64,000 nucleotides of DNA from an uncultured Gammaproteobacteria bacterium (GTDB lineage: Bacteria; Patescibacteriota; Microgenomatia; Levybacterales; GWA1-39-11): NCBI GenBank assembly GCA_964427615.1, contig CAYRUR010000001.1, forward strand, positions 119,303 to 183,302, written 5' to 3'. The position numbers were made by a program, and so were the translations under genes. Positions 1-9,477 of the stretch are shown here, one piece after another. Numbering within the stretch: position 1 is the first letter of the stretch; each line of letters starts with the position of its first letter. The notes beneath the pieces are model-generated. The model did not search any database, was not told the DNA's origin, and saw nothing but the letters and a program-made list of their open reading frames with translations.

Positions 1-7
1 AAAAACC

Positions 8-289
8 GTGATTATTATCTATCTTATTTTTGTTATTGCAAATACTATGTTTTCGAGTAAAAAAGACATGGAAGGAATGGTAGGACTTTTGATTATGATA
101 GTAATTCTTCTGGGAGGAGTTCTTTTTGCCGGTGGAGGACCATTTCTTATGGAGCAGGTTTTGGATGTTTTGCATAATAAAGACGTAGATTTTGTTCTTG
201 AACGTTTGATGTATTTTCTTTTATTTCCGTTAGGAATGAATGGATTTTTCCTCTTACTGCCTTTTATATTCTCTCAAAAGAAGATTTAA
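8..289 (+). CDS. Small hydrophobic protein; the ORF may continue upstream of the window, and the first in-frame start in view is a GTG
   Basis: Open frame from the window edge encoding 2-3 hydrophobic helices. No recognisable motif. Confidence 0.25.
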   Translation: MIIIYLIFVIANTMFSSKKDMEGMVGLLIMIVILLGGVLFAGGGPFLMEQVLDVLHNKDVDFVLERLMYFLLFPLGMNGFFLLLPFIFSQKKI

Positions 290-322
290 GAATTTCCTAG
301 TAGGATAAGCGCCTATTCTGTA

Positions 323-658
323 CTATGTGTTGCTGGGAGGCGTGATGTTTTCTGGGCTAACTCCTGTAAGTACCGTAATGAAGTTGAAGATGGTGAAAGA
401 AAGAAGAATAAAGACAAGTCCAATGATAGCATAAGTAAGTGTTTTTTTTGCATTAGCTATTTGTTCTTCATCTCCTCGAGATGTAATATATTTGATGCCT
501 GAGAAAATGATGAAAAAAAGAGCTACGACTGCAGATGCGCCAAGTGCGAAGTTAATGACGTTGCTCAAAACGACCCAAATACACGAAAGCGTAGGTACTC
601 CTTCTATTGTGCAGCTGTCCCAACTCAAAGAAGTAAATGAAGCAAAAAAGCTGTCCAT
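323..658 (-). CDS. Small membrane protein with conjugative-pilin (VirB2/TrbC-like) topology, paralog 1
   Basis: It shares a C-terminal block with the next three ORFs: a hydrophobic helix, a charged loop (ITSRGDEEQIANAKKTLTYAIIG), then a second hydrophobic helix. This two-helix hairpin around a charged loop is the VirB2/TrbC pilin architecture. Confidence 0.5.
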   Translation of the reverse strand: MDSFFASFTSLSWDSCTIEGVPTLSCIWVVLSNVINFALGASAVVALFFIIFSGIKYITSRGDEEQIANAKKTLTYAIIGLVFILLSFTIFNFITVLTGVSPENITPPSNT

Positions 659-715
659 ACAATACTATTTATTCTAGTGCAAAGAGAGAAAAAACACAAT
701 ATATGCTAAAAGTCA

Positions 716-1135
716 TTAAGGTCTAGGCTTAATAACGTTGGGAGGATCAGGCTCTGTAAGCGAAGGGATTGTAAGACCAGTGATTCCGTTGCCAGTTATA
801 AGTACAAGAACAAAATTTAATATGACATAGGAAAGTGCAACGAGGACTAAGCCAATAATAGCAGCGATAATAGTTCCTCGTGCTGTTTTCACTTTATCGT
901 CATCTCCTCCTGAAAGAATCCATCTAATTCCTCCATATATTAAGAAGACAAGAGCAATGAGGATAGCGAGCACAAAAGCAGCGTTAACGACAAAACTAAC
1001 CAGTTGTTGCGGGGTTACATTAGTAGGTATGCGAAAGAAAAAATTTAGATCTCTGTCTTCTTGAGCAAAAGCTTGAGGCACGAAAAGTAAAGCAAGAGCA
1101 AGGCTAGCAAAAGTGCTTGATACTATTTTTCTCAT
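716..1135 (-). CDS. Pilin-like (VirB2/TrbC-like) small membrane protein, paralog 2, with signal peptide
   Basis: N-terminal signal peptide (ALALALLFVPQAFA|QE). Conserved block GGIRWILSGGDDDKVKTARGTIIAAIIGLVLVALS flanked by two transmembrane helices. Confidence 0.55.
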   Translation of the reverse strand: MRKIVSSTFASLALALLFVPQAFAQEDRDLNFFFRIPTNVTPQQLVSFVVNAAFVLAILIALVFLIYGGIRWILSGGDDDKVKTARGTIIAAIIGLVLVALSYVILNFVLVLITGNGITGLTIPSLTEPDPPNVIKPRP

Positions 1136-1243
1136 ATCTGTATTTATTAGATCATGTTTTCACGCACTTGTCAAGGAGGAATTGCTTAATGTTATTAGTT
1201 TATAACTGAAAGAGATATAAATATTGTCTAGTATTTTGATTCA

Positions 1244-1585
1244 TCAATTGGATTGAGCACCAAGGTTTGCAACGAAATCAATTCCTAACAGTGTACCTAC
1301 AAATTGTATGATAACAGCACTCAGGAGTATTACTACAATTCCAATAATTGCATATGTCAGTGTTTTACGTGCTTTTTTGACTTTTTCCTCATCTCCTTGA
1401 GAAGTAATCCAAAGAATTCCTCCCCAGATAAGAAATATTAAAGTAAGGATAATGCCAATTACGAAAAGAATGTTTACTCCGAAAGAAACCAGATTTTCTA
1501 AGGTAACTTCAGGCACTCCAGCAGGAGCTTCTACTTCTACCTGCTTTCCTTCCAATCCAGGTACTTTTAGTGCTAGATACTTCAT
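1244..1585 (-). CDS. Pilin-like (VirB2/TrbC-like) small membrane protein, paralog 3
   Basis: Conserved block GGILWITSQGDEEKVKKARKTLTYAIIGIVVILLS between two hydrophobic helices. Confidence 0.55.
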   Translation of the reverse strand: MKYLALKVPGLEGKQVEVEAPAGVPEVTLENLVSFGVNILFVIGIILTLIFLIWGGILWITSQGDEEKVKKARKTLTYAIIGIVVILLSAVIIQFVGTLLGIDFVANLGAQSN

Positions 1586-1595
1586 ATTTTATTTA

Positions 1596-2534
1596 TTATC
1601 GTGAAAATCCAGGGAGTTGTAAAATATCAACTCCAATAATTTCTAGTATAGCAAAAGAAAGAAGAATAAAGATAAACCCAATAATAGCTGAGGTAATTGT
1701 TTCTCTTGCGCCTGCAATTTTTTCTTGATCTCCCCGAGAAGTGAGGATCTTATATCCTGCGTATATAAGGAGTACGATAAGAGAGAATGCGGCTATACCT
1801 ATAATCCAGCGGAAAAGAGAAGATATGATACTGGTAGCAGAGGAAGCATCAACTTCCCCAATAGCGGTTTTACACTTGTGGTCTTCAGTACAAGGGATAA
1901 CATTTTCTGGAACTTTTATAGTAGGGTATAGAAAGGCCGTTGATTCAGGAGGAGGGACATGAATATTCTCCTTTAGATAGGTATTGCATGTCTCTTCTGA
2001 AGTGAAAATACCTTGATTGGAACCGCTGCAAATATTCGTGCATTGGCTATTGATAATCACATAACAGGCATCTCCAGAGGGTGGTTGATTACCAGATGAA
2101 TCAACAAGACTCATAGAGCTTTTCGTAGTGCATTGTCCAATAATATGCTTGTCGTCTCCTTTATTGTAAATATAAGCAGTGAATTTATAGGCTGAAGGAG
2201 GGAGTTCCGTAGAAAACTGAAAAGTAACTGGTTTGGCATCAGTATTACTATACTCCTTTGAGGCGAGCTCTGAGTAGGCAATATTGTTGTAAGTTGCAGT
2301 GCTTCCTCCAGCTATTTTTACAATCCCTTCTTCTTTAGTAGGAAACACTCTTACCTCATATGGCTTTCCGTATTGGGCATTAAAAGATGACTCAATGGTA
2401 CACACTTCCTCTGCAAAAGTTGTTCTTGGTAGAAGGGAAAAAAAAGAAATTACAGATAGAAAAGAAAAGACAAAAAGGTAGGAGAAGACTCTCATCATAC
2501 TATCATCGTATAGCAATAAGGATGTGAAAATCAA
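1596..2534 (-). CDS. Pilin-like protein with a large Cys-rich N-terminal extracellular extension, paralog 4
   Basis: The C-terminal ~90 aa carry the same block (YKILTSRGDQEKIAGARETITSAIIGFIFILLS). It is preceded by a ~200-aa domain with at least 9 Cys and a signal-peptide-like start (MMRVFSYLFVFSFLSVISFFSLLP). The true start is probably the internal Met near 2498. Confidence 0.5.
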   Translation of the reverse strand: MIFTSLLLYDDSMMRVFSYLFVFSFLSVISFFSLLPRTTFAEEVCTIESSFNAQYGKPYEVRVFPTKEEGIVKIAGGSTATYNNIAYSELASKEYSNTDAKPVTFQFSTELPPSAYKFTAYIYNKGDDKHIIGQCTTKSSMSLVDSSGNQPPSGDACYVIINSQCTNICSGSNQGIFTSEETCNTYLKENIHVPPPESTAFLYPTIKVPENVIPCTEDHKCKTAIGEVDASSATSIISSLFRWIIGIAAFSLIVLLIYAGYKILTSRGDQEKIAGARETITSAIIGFIFILLSFAILEIIGVDILQLPGFSR

Positions 2535-2540
2535 CAGCTA

Positions 2541-3965
2541 TCATCGTGAAAGCTTAATGCCTTTCCCCTTTATGGTGTGCAGATACTGAGGATTATTGGG
2601 GTCTGGTTCTATTTTTTTTCTCAGACGGTAGATGATTTGGTCCAGTGCTTGGTCCGTAACTCCTTCGCGACTGACGGTATCACTCCACACAGCTTCAATA
2701 ATCTCATTTTTCTCACATACTTTTTCTTTGTTGATGACAAGAAAACGCAGAAGTCTGAATTCAAGGGGAGTAAGTTGTTGAGTTAGATCCGCATCTCCTT
2801 TAAAAAGAATATTCTTCTCCTCATCATAATAAATTTCTTGTTTCTCCTTTTGTTTAACTGTTTGTATGTAGGATGCGAAAAAAGGAATGGTAAGTGTGTT
2901 ATTTTGCACAAGTTGTAACAGTTGTAATAACTGGATATCCTCATCTTTAACTCCTTTTTTTAGATGTAAAATATGATTTTTTTCATGGGGAGTCAAGAAA
3001 TCCCATAATTCCTCTAGCGCGCGTTGCATTTGTCTTCTTTGTAACAGAAAAGAGGTGAGATCTTCTGCTGGATTTTTTTTAGGAAGCACTGCTTCTACAG
3101 CAATACGGGTGAGTTTGTTATGTCCTCCTGTAAGAGACAGTATCTCTTTTTCTGTTGCATTATCAAGTTTTTTTTCCAGTATTTCTTCTAGATATTCAAT
3201 ACGGTAGGTAATGCCAACAGTGTTATTAATAGGTATAAAAACAGTATTGCCTGCAAGGTACTGATGAAATTCAGCAAACGTCATAGTATCAAGTAGCAAA
3301 TCTAAAGGTCTGGGAAGAGAAAAAATGCATGAAAAACGGTCATGCATAAGTTCTTTTAAAATGGTAAGGTTGATAAAAAACTGCTCTGTAACATCCGGCA
3401 AATATAACTCGAACCTATCAATTAAAAAGACAAGGGTTAACTCTTCCTCAAGCGCAAGGTATTCTACTGCGTCTTTTAGAGCGCGGAATAACACCAGTTC
3501 ATCATCAGCAAGCTGTAGCGCTTTTTTGAATAAGTCATCTACGAAAGCTGCTTCTTTTATTTTTCTGCGTTCTGTTAAAGAATGGGAAAGAGAGATGAGG
3601 AAAAATTTAGTAATGTCTTTCAGGGGCCTTTTATGTACTTCTGAAAAGTCCAAATACACAAAGTGAAATGAAGCAGAGCGTTCTTTCAAGTGGTAATCTC
3701 GTACTGTTCTATTGTAGGCAAGTAATTTTAGGAGGGTACTTTTTCCAGATCCAGGTACTCCGACAATTTGGCATGAAACACCTGTTTTGATAAAGCTCAG
3801 TGCTTTCTCAATTTCTCTGGCCATAGTATCTTCTGGAAATTGTGCTTCAAAGTATCTGTCTTGCATATCCTTATTATAACTGAATTGTGAGGTTGTTGTG
3901 AGGAAAGTATCAAGTACAAAGAATGTTATTTTTTTACAATGTGCGCATGAGAGAAAGATTGACAC
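2541..3965 (-). CDS. AAA+/P-loop NTPase fused to an OmpR/PhoB-type winged-helix DNA-binding domain (putative transcriptional regulator)
   Basis: Walker A GVPGSGKSTLLKLL near the N-terminus. The C-terminal ~100 aa match the OmpR-type trans_reg_C pattern (LTPLEFRLLRFLVINKEKVCEKNEIIEAVW...LDQIIYRLRKKIE...IKGKGIKL). The start may be the internal Met (MQDRYF, ~3866). Confidence 0.6.
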   Translation of the reverse strand: MSIFLSCAHCKKITFFVLDTFLTTTSQFSYNKDMQDRYFEAQFPEDTMAREIEKALSFIKTGVSCQIVGVPGSGKSTLLKLLAYNRTVRDYHLKERSASFHFVYLDFSEVHKRPLKDITKFFLISLSHSLTERRKIKEAAFVDDLFKKALQLADDELVLFRALKDAVEYLALEEELTLVFLIDRFELYLPDVTEQFFINLTILKELMHDRFSCIFSLPRPLDLLLDTMTFAEFHQYLAGNTVFIPINNTVGITYRIEYLEEILEKKLDNATEKEILSLTGGHNKLTRIAVEAVLPKKNPAEDLTSFLLQRRQMQRALEELWDFLTPHEKNHILHLKKGVKDEDIQLLQLLQLVQNNTLTIPFFASYIQTVKQKEKQEIYYDEEKNILFKGDADLTQQLTPLEFRLLRFLVINKEKVCEKNEIIEAVWSDTVSREGVTDQALDQIIYRLRKKIEPDPNNPQYLHTIKGKGIKLSR

Positions 3966-6900
3966 TAGCTAAAACAATATCATATGCTGAATACAGTATG
4001 GAGCCAGCTGAAGTCTATAATGAGTCTCATGTGTCAGAAAGTGGAAAACTTTCCTCTAGTGGTACTTCTCATGAACATCAAAAGGGAAAAAGACCCTTTC
4101 TTCAAGTAGTTGCTCGAGATGGAGAGGCTGTAAGTGCTACAGGACAAGATAGCTTAGATGATGTAGCCGGTCCTGAACCTATTCTTTTTCCAAGCTACCT
4201 TCAAGAAGAACCCTCACCACTTTCTATAAATTCTCAAGAAAAAGGAAAGGTAAAACACGACCTCACACCTCATGAATTATTTGAAGAAGAAAGGTGGGAA
4301 GAATCTTCTTTAGAAGAGAAAATAAGAGAACGTGTGAGTCAAGTAAAAAGTAAAAGAGAAATGGAAAGCTACCTCAGTAAAAATGGTCCTTTAGTAAATG
4401 AAATGCGAAAAGCTATTCAAGAATATGCTAGTTTGCGACTTAATAATATAAGAGAGATAGATCGTATGACCGCAGAACTAACTGGAAAATTTTACCAACA
4501 GCTGGAAGAGGCAATTCATTCTATTGATGGTACTTTACTGGAAGAAGAATGGTTGCAAGAAGCTGAATCAAAACTAAATCCCTTTATTTACGGACTGCTG
4601 CATGCAAAAAATGAAGTAGAGGCATTGAGAATGGAGACAAATGTCTCCAATCCTTCCCCTGAGCCTAGTGGTAGTTTAAGTGCTACTACATCTATGCAGC
4701 CAGAGGAAGAAGGACCTGCGGGTGGTGGGGGAGCTGGTGGAGGAGAAGGAGGCGGCGGAGGAGCTGGTGGAGGATTTGAAGGAGGCTTTGATTATTGGTA
4801 TATCAGCCCTGAAAGAAAAAGGAGAAATCCTGAAGATATAGAGGATTTAGCGGTGGGAATTATGTTTTCAGACCCTCAAAAATGGGGAAGTCTTATGTAT
4901 GTGCGCGAGCGCTATGAAAGTGCTCCAGGAGAACGTGATGGAGCTATTGAAATAGTAGAAAATGGTACAACAAGAATATTAACGCAAGGAGAACATCCGA
5001 TGTTTGATACTGTTTATATACCAAATGAGGGAGAAAGAATTACCTTGAAAGATGGAGATCAAGTTATAGATGAAGAAGTTGGAGCGTCAACTGAACAAGG
5101 TAGAGTAAGAGGAAAGACTACAGAGATAGAAGTTTTAGAAATGAATAGATATATTATGCATGATGGACAAAAATATGAGGTTGGAACTTATGAAATAAGA
5201 AGAATTAAGGGAACTAACGATGTTGTGGATATTGATCCTCGAGATATAAAAGGAAAAATTACAGAGGTATTTAACAAGGATAACTTTTTAAGGTGGGATA
5301 GAGAGCGGGTAGTAACCATTGATATGCAAGATCCTTTTGCTCCGCAAAAATTTTATTCTGAAGTAGATGTGAGTGATCCTAACTGGCTGCGGGGGCATTT
5401 TCCAATGGGACAACTTATGAAAGAAGACAGATGGTGGTTGCTTAAAAATGGAGAAAAAGTTACCGATTTACAGGATGCAACTGTCGACGTGCTTTCTGGA
5501 GCTGGAAATATTCTTAATGGAGGAAAAGAATATAACTTTGTAATGCCTAAAGAATCAGAACTGGTAAAGTATCTCGATGGGGTATATTCTCAGAATACAT
5601 GGACACGAGAATCGGGTGGTATTAGTTATCTTCGTAGGATTTTTGAAATGCCACAAAATTTAAGTGATCACGGAGAATATGATGAGGTTGGGGGAGATAT
5701 TAAAGTTGGGAGTGCTATTAGAAGCATGACTTTGCATTGGTACTACTCGACAGATTTTGAAAAACTAGTGGAGTTATATGGTGAAGATTATACTTTTTTT
5801 AAACGTTCTTATTGGGAAAATGCGCTAAGCAAAGTTGCAAAACAAACAAGTTTTAAAAGTGACTTATCAGAAGAAGAGCTAAGAGCATCAGGTGATTGGG
5901 GTGGGCTTGTTCAATACGATATAAATACCTTTTTCAAAGGGGATGAGGATACTATGGATATCTTTAAAAGAAACAATGATGGGTCATTTGTATTAGAGAA
6001 TGGGAAAAAAGTTGTAGATCCTCAGAAGGCTATGGAAATAGTTAAAAAAATTAACATCTTTGTTCCTCAAAGACCTGACGCAGATAAGTTGGTTGTGAGA
6101 GATGTTTTAAAAAATGGTATTGGAGAATTTTATGGCCTTCAAGATGATAAAGACAACCTCAATTTCGCTGAACTAATCGCTTTTCGGATTTGTTATCCAA
6201 CAGGAATTAATGCCAGGAATGATATTGTACATGCAGGCATGGACGCTTGGGTAAAGTGGCAACGTACTTTTTGGTACCGTAATAAGCAATTGGATGGAGA
6301 TAGAGGAGGATCTGCCGGAAATTACTATAATATGCAAATTTTTAGACAACTAGGAGCAGATTTTTTTACAGGGATTGATACATTAACGGGTAATTCAATT
6401 CTCCAACTTATGGAGGAGGCAGAAAAAGAAGTTAGAAGAGATAGTGAAAATAATAGAGGTGTGAGGACACAAAAAATTTTGGATACCCAAAAAAAGTTGC
6501 GGTTCTCAGCTGATTCTCAGAGACAATTTCTTTCAAATCAAATTAAAAATGCTGCGGGAATGTACGAGAGTCTCACTGACCTAAAAGAAATAAGCTTCCA
6601 AAAATATTCAAAACTCGTTGAGGGTAGACTGGAAATAGATGAAGCAGCGTTTAGTGAAGACCTTAAAGGAGGAGTAATAAAACCTTTGCGTTATATGATT
6701 AGTACTTGGAAACAGCTTGATTTTGGAGAAGAAGAGAGAACAATGATTCCAATAATCAACGAGAAAGGAGAAGCAAAGGAGGGAGAATATAAGACAGTAA
6801 CAAGGCTTGAAGCATATTTTGGAGAAGCAACAGCAGCAGTTTTTAGGAATGATAAGGCCTGGGATTTTGGAGATGCATTAAAAGGGAGAATAGACAGTCT

Positions 6901-7522
6901 TTCCGAGGCGGATTCACGTAAGGCAATAGAAGATTATCTGTCATTTCTTGTTAACCCTAATCCCGAAAAAGATGAAGATAAAGGAAAAGCAGATAAAACG
7001 GCTAAAAAATTAGCATCAGCATACTCTCAAGAATTTATAGGAAAAGATTTTTCAGAACTCACTAGCATTGAGAGAAAGCAACTTTTAACTAAATTAACTG
7101 AAACAAAAGGAATGCTTTCCATTGGAGAAGCAAAAGTAGTAAATGATGTACATAGAACTCATCTTTTTAAATATGCAGTGGCATTTTACGCAGGTACTCA
7201 ATTGCTTGCTCATAGAAAAAATGTTAGCCGCAATTATTTTGAAAAATACGACATTATAGAAAGTCGTACCTTTTTACGTCTTCTTGATTCTATTCCTGGT
7301 AAAGCAATTTTTGATGAAGATGATCTGAGAAATACGCGAGTTGATGGAAATTTCTTTGGAAAAGATATGTATGGAAGGGACTATATGGAGTTTATTAAAG
7401 CACTGTCTAATACTACGACAGGTAAATTATGGACTGGTCACTTAATACTTTTGCTTTTAGGTGCAATGAGAGAAGCTTTTGGAGAGTCTACAGAAGAACT
7501 TACAAAAGGAATTGCTGCTTAA
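3923..7522 (+). CDS. Very large (about 1170-1200 aa) soluble protein of unknown function with an internal poly-Gly tract
   Basis: Uninterrupted 3.6-kb ORF with no transmembrane segments and acidic, coiled-coil-like N-terminal regions. Low-complexity GPAGGGGAGGGEGGGGGAGGGFEGGF tract near nt 4715-4790. A start at 3923 would overlap the upstream gene by 43 nt, so the ATG at 3998 (MEPAEV) is the more likely start. Confidence 0.6.
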   Translation: MLFFYNVRMRERLTLAKTISYAEYSMEPAEVYNESHVSESGKLSSSGTSHEHQKGKRPFLQVVARDGEAVSATGQDSLDDVAGPEPILFPSYLQEEPSPLSINSQEKGKVKHDLTPHELFEEERWEESSLEEKIRERVSQVKSKREMESYLSKNGPLVNEMRKAIQEYASLRLNNIREIDRMTAELTGKFYQQLEEAIHSIDGTLLEEEWLQEAESKLNPFIYGLLHAKNEVEALRMETNVSNPSPEPSGSLSATTSMQPEEEGPAGGGGAGGGEGGGGGAGGGFEGGFDYWYISPERKRRNPEDIEDLAVGIMFSDPQKWGSLMYVRERYESAPGERDGAIEIVENGTTRILTQGEHPMFDTVYIPNEGERITLKDGDQVIDEEVGASTEQGRVRGKTTEIEVLEMNRYIMHDGQKYEVGTYEIRRIKGTNDVVDIDPRDIKGKITEVFNKDNFLRWDRERVVTIDMQDPFAPQKFYSEVDVSDPNWLRGHFPMGQLMKEDRWWLLKNGEKVTDLQDATVDVLSGAGNILNGGKEYNFVMPKESELVKYLDGVYSQNTWTRESGGISYLRRIFEMPQNLSDHGEYDEVGGDIKVGSAIRSMTLHWYYSTDFEKLVELYGEDYTFFKRSYWENALSKVAKQTSFKSDLSEEELRASGDWGGLVQYDINTFFKGDEDTMDIFKRNNDGSFVLENGKKVVDPQKAMEIVKKINIFVPQRPDADKLVVRDVLKNGIGEFYGLQDDKDNLNFAELIAFRICYPTGINARNDIVHAGMDAWVKWQRTFWYRNKQLDGDRGGSAGNYYNMQIFRQLGADFFTGIDTLTGNSILQLMEEAEKEVRRDSENNRGVRTQKILDTQKKLRFSADSQRQFLSNQIKNAAGMYESLTDLKEISFQKYSKLVEGRLEIDEAAFSEDLKGGVIKPLRYMISTWKQLDFGEEERTMIPIINEKGEAKEGEYKTVTRLEAYFGEATAAVFRNDKAWDFGDALKGRIDSLSEADSRKAIEDYLSFLVNPNPEKDEDKGKADKTAKKLASAYSQEFIGKDFSELTSIERKQLLTKLTETKGMLSIGEAKVVNDVHRTHLFKYAVAFYAGTQLLAHRKNVSRNYFEKYDIIESRTFLRLLDSIPGKAIFDEDDLRNTRVDGNFFGKDMYGRDYMEFIKALSNTTTGKLWTGHLILLLLGAMREAFGESTEELTKGIAA
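4714..4791 (+). repeat. GGn/GGA low-complexity tract encoding a poly-Gly linker inside the 1199-aa ORF
   Basis: ggtgggggagctggtggaggagaaggaggcggcggaggagctggtggagga: short direct GGN/GCT repeats that are slippage-prone. Confidence 0.6.
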
Positions 7523-7570
7523 AAGAGAGATAGAGAGTCTATTCTTAGATTATCTTTCTTCTTCTCTTGT

Positions 7571-9397
7571 CTAGATCGGGCTCCGTTCTCTTCTACTAGA
7601 TCTACGATTTAGTAGTCTTCTTTTTTCATCATCTGTAAGATTTGGCAACCTTCTTATTTCCTCCTCAGTATATGGCTGCAAATCATCTCGCAGACCTAAC
7701 CCCCAATTTCTTAATGAACTGCTATTGCTGCGTGAAAGACGTTGAGCTAACGGTCGCTTTATTCTTTCATCATATGCAGTACTGAGAGGGCCTGTAGCTA
7801 CACCCTCTTTATTTCTTGCAAAGAGCACATTCTTAGGGATTCCTGCAAATGGTTTTACTACTTGTGCTCCAATCCCTAAGCTGTTTGGAATAGCTTGTGC
7901 ATATTTAAGTGAAGGAGTATTAAGCTTGTCTTTGATCATGTTAATAACTTCTGGGGTGATAAGAATAGTTGCCATACCAAAAAGAGCTGATAATGCTTCT
8001 GGAGCACCGGGATTACCAATAAGTGGAGGAGTGAAGTACTCTTCTCCTGGAGCAAAGGCGCTCATAAGCACCTTTGCAATCAAAAACATAAATATAGTTG
8101 CTGGAAATACAAGTAAGTACGTGATGATATATTTTAGCCATGCTCCGAAACCTAGACCTGAGTTAGGAATAATTCCCATGGCAATCCAAAAAGGAGAGAG
8201 TATAACTGCTAGAAGTACTCTGATGTAAGACGTAAGGAGTCGGAACCAAATTCGTACAAGTGTTATAAATATAGCTATAGATACAATGAAAAACATAATC
8301 ATTCCTCCTAATATCCCGGCCACACTACCAATAACATTGACGTCCTCGGTACAATCCCACATCGCATCAAGACTAATACCAGTAACCCGGGAGATAATAC
8401 CTCCATCTGATTCAATATGTTGAATTACACAATCTTGGTATACTGGACTGACTGACTGAGGTATGAGAAATATAATACGAGTAACAGTTTGGGTAATGGT
8501 ATTATGAAAAATTCCTAAATTATTTATTACATTGGAGATTACTTCTCCTGTACCCAAAGCTATCTTAAAAGGTATTATGAAAAATCCTATTCCGAGTTCG
8601 CTATCGGTGAAAGGAAGGGGAAGATTGTATAGGTGATTGGCAAAGCCAAAAGGAGTGTTAAAAGCATATTTAAGCATATTTCCTAATGCTCCTGATTCAT
8701 CAAGGGGTGAGAAAGTAGCAAATAAGAGCAGTAATAACACCCACATCATGTCTATCAGAAATCCTGCAATGGGAAAGGAAAAGGTGACAAGCACAAGCGT
8801 AATAATAATTTTAGGAATTTGATTTTGAACAGCCATTACTGCTCTATCATTGAGTTTAAATCTGAACATAATGCCAAGGCCAATGATAACTACAATAAGG
8901 CTAAAAAGAAGATACACAATATTTCTAAACTGTATCCAAATCTTCTGAATAGGTTTTAAGCCTTCAAACCCTATTCCTCCCTCTTCTGCAGCTTGTGCTT
9001 TTTTAGAAAACCCAAAGTTGTGAGAAAGGTAGGTGGCGTAATCATTGCTAGATATAGGGAAGTTGTACGTCATTCCTATAAGTTGTCCCATTTGATTGAC
9101 AGCACCACCATTATTATCTACATAGGTAATCTTCTTTGTTTGAGGATCAACTCCAAGGCATTTTCCGTTAGGTGAAATAGGATCTGCACCTATTACAAAA
9201 CAAGTATAAGTAGAAAAGAACTCAATGAATAAGCTCTGGGTGAATGTGTGGAGGTTTTTTGGTACCGATGCGTCTACATTGGGCTCCAGGTAGCTTGATG
9301 ACTCTATGTTTTGTGCGCTCACTGGAAAAACAAAAAACTTAGTAAAAAGAAGCGTAAAGACAAAAAAGGTCAAAATGGGCAATAACAACTTTTTCAT
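7571..9397 (-). CDS. Polytopic membrane protein with an N-terminal extracytoplasmic domain and a basic C-terminal tail; possible VirB6/TrbL-like channel component
   Basis: Signal peptide, then a ~130-aa Cys-containing soluble region, then at least six predicted transmembrane helices, then an Arg-rich disordered C-terminus (RRLLNRRSSRRERSPI). This architecture matches VirB6-family proteins. No diagnostic motif was seen, so the assignment is topological only. Confidence 0.4.
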   Translation of the reverse strand: MKKLLLPILTFFVFTLLFTKFFVFPVSAQNIESSSYLEPNVDASVPKNLHTFTQSLFIEFFSTYTCFVIGADPISPNGKCLGVDPQTKKITYVDNNGGAVNQMGQLIGMTYNFPISSNDYATYLSHNFGFSKKAQAAEEGGIGFEGLKPIQKIWIQFRNIVYLLFSLIVVIIGLGIMFRFKLNDRAVMAVQNQIPKIIITLVLVTFSFPIAGFLIDMMWVLLLLLFATFSPLDESGALGNMLKYAFNTPFGFANHLYNLPLPFTDSELGIGFFIIPFKIALGTGEVISNVINNLGIFHNTITQTVTRIIFLIPQSVSPVYQDCVIQHIESDGGIISRVTGISLDAMWDCTEDVNVIGSVAGILGGMIMFFIVSIAIFITLVRIWFRLLTSYIRVLLAVILSPFWIAMGIIPNSGLGFGAWLKYIITYLLVFPATIFMFLIAKVLMSAFAPGEEYFTPPLIGNPGAPEALSALFGMATILITPEVINMIKDKLNTPSLKYAQAIPNSLGIGAQVVKPFAGIPKNVLFARNKEGVATGPLSTAYDERIKRPLAQRLSRSNSSSLRNWGLGLRDDLQPYTEEEIRRLPNLTDDEKRRLLNRRSSRRERSPI

Positions 9398-9477
9398 AAG
9401 GTAGGAGAATTTTTAGTATTCATAGATAAGTATGGAGAAAAAAGAGGAGTAAAGTCAAGAATGGGAAAAGACTTTCG

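Noticed and set aside
3325-3666. 113-aa plus-strand ORF (Ser-rich) and similar small antisense ORFs inside long genes (e.g. 7926..8228, 11690..12373, 27201..27555, 55022..57105)
   Set aside because: All lie antisense to or nested in long, motif-supported genes (AAA-wHTH regulator, VirB6-like protein, nrdJ, T4SS ATPase, groEL). Their products are low-complexity. They are treated as frame noise.
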